Origin: a virus
Direction: 5' to 3' (one strand)
Virus record (IMG/VR): IMGVR_UViG_3300049734_000491
Span: 63,993-127,992 of that record
DNA: 64,000 nt
A program made the position numbers and the translations under genes. Each line of letters opens with the position of its first letter. The stretch's first letter is position 1. Shown here in pieces: positions 61,687 to 64,000 of this stretch. The notes under the pieces were generated by a model. The model did not search any database. It saw nothing but the letters and a program-made list of their open reading frames with translations, and was not told where the DNA came from.

Positions 61687-61715
61687 AGTATACGAGTTGT
61701 AGTGCATGATTGCAA
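61687..61715 (-). promoter_or_regulatory. SigA-like promoter of TIGR-like locus 2
   Basis: TTGCAA-17 nt-TATACT on the - strand. Confidence 0.7.
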
Positions 61716-61807
61716 ATCGGCGCTGGCGGTCACCACTATGCATAAGTAGACCGCAGCCAAGTTGAGGAATCGGGTCGCTCGGGGAAATTTTTCAGTAGGG
61801 TCCGAAG

Positions 61808-62530
61808 ATGGCTGAGACCCAGACACGAACACGGTCCATCGGCACCGTCACGGTCGCCCTTGCCCTGCTGCTCACCTTGGTGGGCGGTGCGTTGGGAGGT
61901 GGGGCCGTCGGGGCCCAGGAGACGGTCCCGCTCAACCCGGCCCACGTCGGGGCGGTCGGCTCGGAGTTCTCGGAGAACTGCACGGGGCTGCCCCGTCCGG
62001 TGGTGGGGAGCGAGGTGGCGTGGCACTTCGTGCTGCCCCAGCCGGAGCAGGGCGTGTTCGTGTCGCTGACCGTGGAGTTCGAGTTGGCCGGCGAGATCAC
62101 GATCACCACGTTCGGGCCCCCGACCGCGATGCACGCCTACGTGTACACACCGACCGACGACACGTTGTTGGGCGGGACGGCCGAGACCACGCAGAACCCA
62201 CCGGGATCGTTCTTCAACCTGTCGTCGGTGTGCGCCGGCAGTGGGACGACCACGAGCTCGTCCACGTCGAGCACGACCAGCTCCACGTCGTCTACGTCGA
62301 GCACGTCATCGTCGACCACGTCGTCAACATCGTCAACATCGTCATCGACGACCTCGAGCACGACGACAACGTCGAGCACGGTGCCCACGACCACGGGGTC
62401 GACCACGACCACCACGACCACGACGCGGCCACCTTCACCGCCTCCTGCGCCGCCTGTGACGAGTCCGCCGTCGTCACCACCTGTGGCGGCACCGCCCAGT
62501 GCCAGCCCTCCGTTGAAGTTCACGGGGTGA
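61808..62530 (+). CDS. Secreted Ser/Thr/Pro-rich surface protein ending in FTG
   Basis: Signal peptide, folded domain, S/T linker, C-terminal PLKFTG*. Confidence 0.7.
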   Translation: MAETQTRTRSIGTVTVALALLLTLVGGALGGGAVGAQETVPLNPAHVGAVGSEFSENCTGLPRPVVGSEVAWHFVLPQPEQGVFVSLTVEFELAGEITITTFGPPTAMHAYVYTPTDDTLLGGTAETTQNPPGSFFNLSSVCAGSGTTTSSSTSSTTSSTSSTSSTSSSTTSSTSSTSSSTTSSTTTTSSTVPTTTGSTTTTTTTTRPPSPPPAPPVTSPPSSPPVAAPPSASPPLKFTG

Positions 62531-62542
62531 GGGGCGCAGGGA

Positions 62543-62842
62543 TCACCAACTGAGTGGCAGGTCCTCCTCCGGGCGGGGGAGGAAGCCTGTCACGGTGATG
62601 CAGGTGTAGCCCTGCTCGGTGTCGTAGTCGGCGTCGTTGCGGAACAGGATCGGGCCGTCGAACCCGAGTTCGGTGGCCATGTCACGCGCGACCTTCTTCG
62701 CCATGCGTTGGCTCGAGGCGCAGTTGTACAGCTCGGAAGCCGGCTCGTTCTGGGAGACGTCGTTGATCTGGTCGAAGTCGATGAACCAGGCACCGTGGCG
62801 CTTGGTGATCTGGCCGATGGTCTGGCGGGGATGGGAAGTCAT
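62543..62842 (-). CDS. Hypothetical protein
   Basis: 99 aa with strong codon bias. Confidence 0.5.
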   Translation of the reverse strand: MTSHPRQTIGQITKRHGAWFIDFDQINDVSQNEPASELYNCASSQRMAKKVARDMATELGFDGPILFRNDADYDTEQGYTCITVTGFLPRPEEDLPLSW

Positions 62843-63020
62843 GGTGGGCCCTGTCGTCAGTGTAAATGATGGTTCGGAACACGCTGGGCCGCTTTCCTTT
62901 CGGCTGTCGAGAAGCCATTGGACCCAGCGTGTTCCTCACCACATACAGGCCGAGGGAGGGCGGGGATCCTTCGGGGCGGGGGAGATTTCCTGAGAGTCCG
63001 CTACCCATCGGAGTGGTGGA

Positions 63021-63476
63021 TCAACTGGCCTTGGCGTCCTCGGCCGCCTCGGTTGCGGCAATCGTGGCCGCGTCCATGATCTCCACCGTGTGTCGGGCGG
63101 ACCGCTCGAGTTCCCGGACCGTCCGACCGTCGGATGACCGACCGCTCGTACCCCGAACGCCCGAGGAGAAGATCGCGTGGACCGTCGTCATCAGACGCTT
63201 GGCGTACTTGAGCCTGTCGGCGCTCCACACCTTCGTCTCCCGCTCGAAGCCGGGGATCAGCATGATGCGGTGGGGCTCCCGCCATCCCTGCCGAACGGTC
63301 GGGATGTTGTGCTTCTCCTCCTCGCCGAGGTGGTCCCGCAGGTTCTGAACCGTGAGACGGGCAACCTGGACGGAGCAGCCGAGGAGGTCAGCCAACTCGG
63401 CGTAGGTGAAGCCGGCTGGGTTGGCCTTCAAGAGGTCGTACAGCTTCTCACGACGAAGGATCGTCCTGGACCTCAT
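63021..63476 (-). CDS. HTH protein
   Basis: FTYAELADLLGCSVQVAR. Confidence 0.6.
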   Translation of the reverse strand: MRSRTILRREKLYDLLKANPAGFTYAELADLLGCSVQVARLTVQNLRDHLGEEEKHNIPTVRQGWREPHRIMLIPGFERETKVWSADRLKYAKRLMTTVHAIFSSGVRGTSGRSSDGRTVRELERSARHTVEIMDAATIAATEAAEDAKAS

Positions 63477-64000
63477 GACAGCTCCCCGAGTCGGGCCAAC
63501 TCGGCATCCCAGTCGATGTCGTCGGTGCCCCCGAAGCGGAGCCCGATGAGGTCGATCAGAGCCTTGAGCTGGTTGACCGTGTCCCGCAGGAGCTCCATCT
63601 CGTCGTCGGAGAGGTCGACGTCGTGGGCCTCCTTCAGGGCATCGGTGAGGTTGCGCCGAGCCGTCATGAACCGACCCTCGAGCGACAGGTACACGAGGGT
63701 GTGGCCGGCCTTGCGGCTCTCCTCCACCCGCTTCGCGCGGGCCTTGTCCTTGGCCCGAGCAGAGGCGGCCTTGGGGATCTCCTCCTCCACGGTGGTGCCC
63801 TTGGCCTCGGCCCGTTCGCGGGCGTGGTGGACCACGTCAGCGATCTCGTTCCGATGGGCTCGTGTCACGTTGCCCGCCGTCGTGCCGGTCGCAGCAGCGA
63901 TGGCCTCGGCCGCTGCGGCCTTCTCGGTGGTGAGACCGGCCAGCTGAATCTGGTCGTTGAGGGAGTGGGTGATCGGGGCACCCCGATCACTCGCCTCCTT
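63473..64000 (-). CDS. Hypothetical helical protein (5' end outside the window)
   Basis: Frame open from 64000 to the stop at 63473; ATGA overlap with the HTH gene. Confidence 0.55.
   Translation of the reverse strand, partial: KEASDRGAPITHSLNDQIQLAGLTTEKAAAAEAIAAATGTTAGNVTRAHRNEIADVVHHARERAEAKGTTVEEEIPKAASARAKDKARAKRVEESRKAGHTLVYLSLEGRFMTARRNLTDALKEAHDVDLSDDEMELLRDTVNQLKALIDLIGLRFGGTDDIDWDAELARLGELS

Noticed and set aside
62245-62425. TCGTCG/ACGACC tandem repeats as a non-coding array
   Set aside because: They encode the Ser/Thr linker of the secreted protein.
1-64000. tRNA, rRNA, integrase, reverse transcriptase/DGR
   Set aside because: None recognised by eye; a tRNAscan/Rfam run would be needed to exclude small RNAs.

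Overview
High-GC segment of a tailed dsDNA phage with siphovirus-type genes; the gene families and promoter style point to an actinobacterial host. Layout: + strand tail module (0.3-14.9 kb: chaperone, tape measure, fused Dit, minor tail, CHAP, S74 fibre); mixed accessory and lysis region (15-24 kb) with a C5 methyltransferase, an Rpf-like lipoprotein and an endolysin interrupted by an in-frame TAG; - strand helicase, RuvC, a second fibre/collagen cluster, PolA, SSB and AAA (25-42 kb); a VUT + TGT-like pair; a terminase with a class 3 intein; many small early genes (47-58 kb); and a PD-(D/E)XK nuclease. The main finding is two paralogous loci (18.1-19.7 kb and 59.7-61.6 kb) that resemble nuclease-less TIGR-Tas RNA-guided systems. 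Each has a conserved partner gene, then a Nop/IS110-C-terminal-like protein, then a stem-loop array of dual 9-nt spacer guides. Each Tas-like ORF also carries two further guide hairpins in frame inside its own coding sequence. All family assignments come from motif recognition by eye; no database searches were run.
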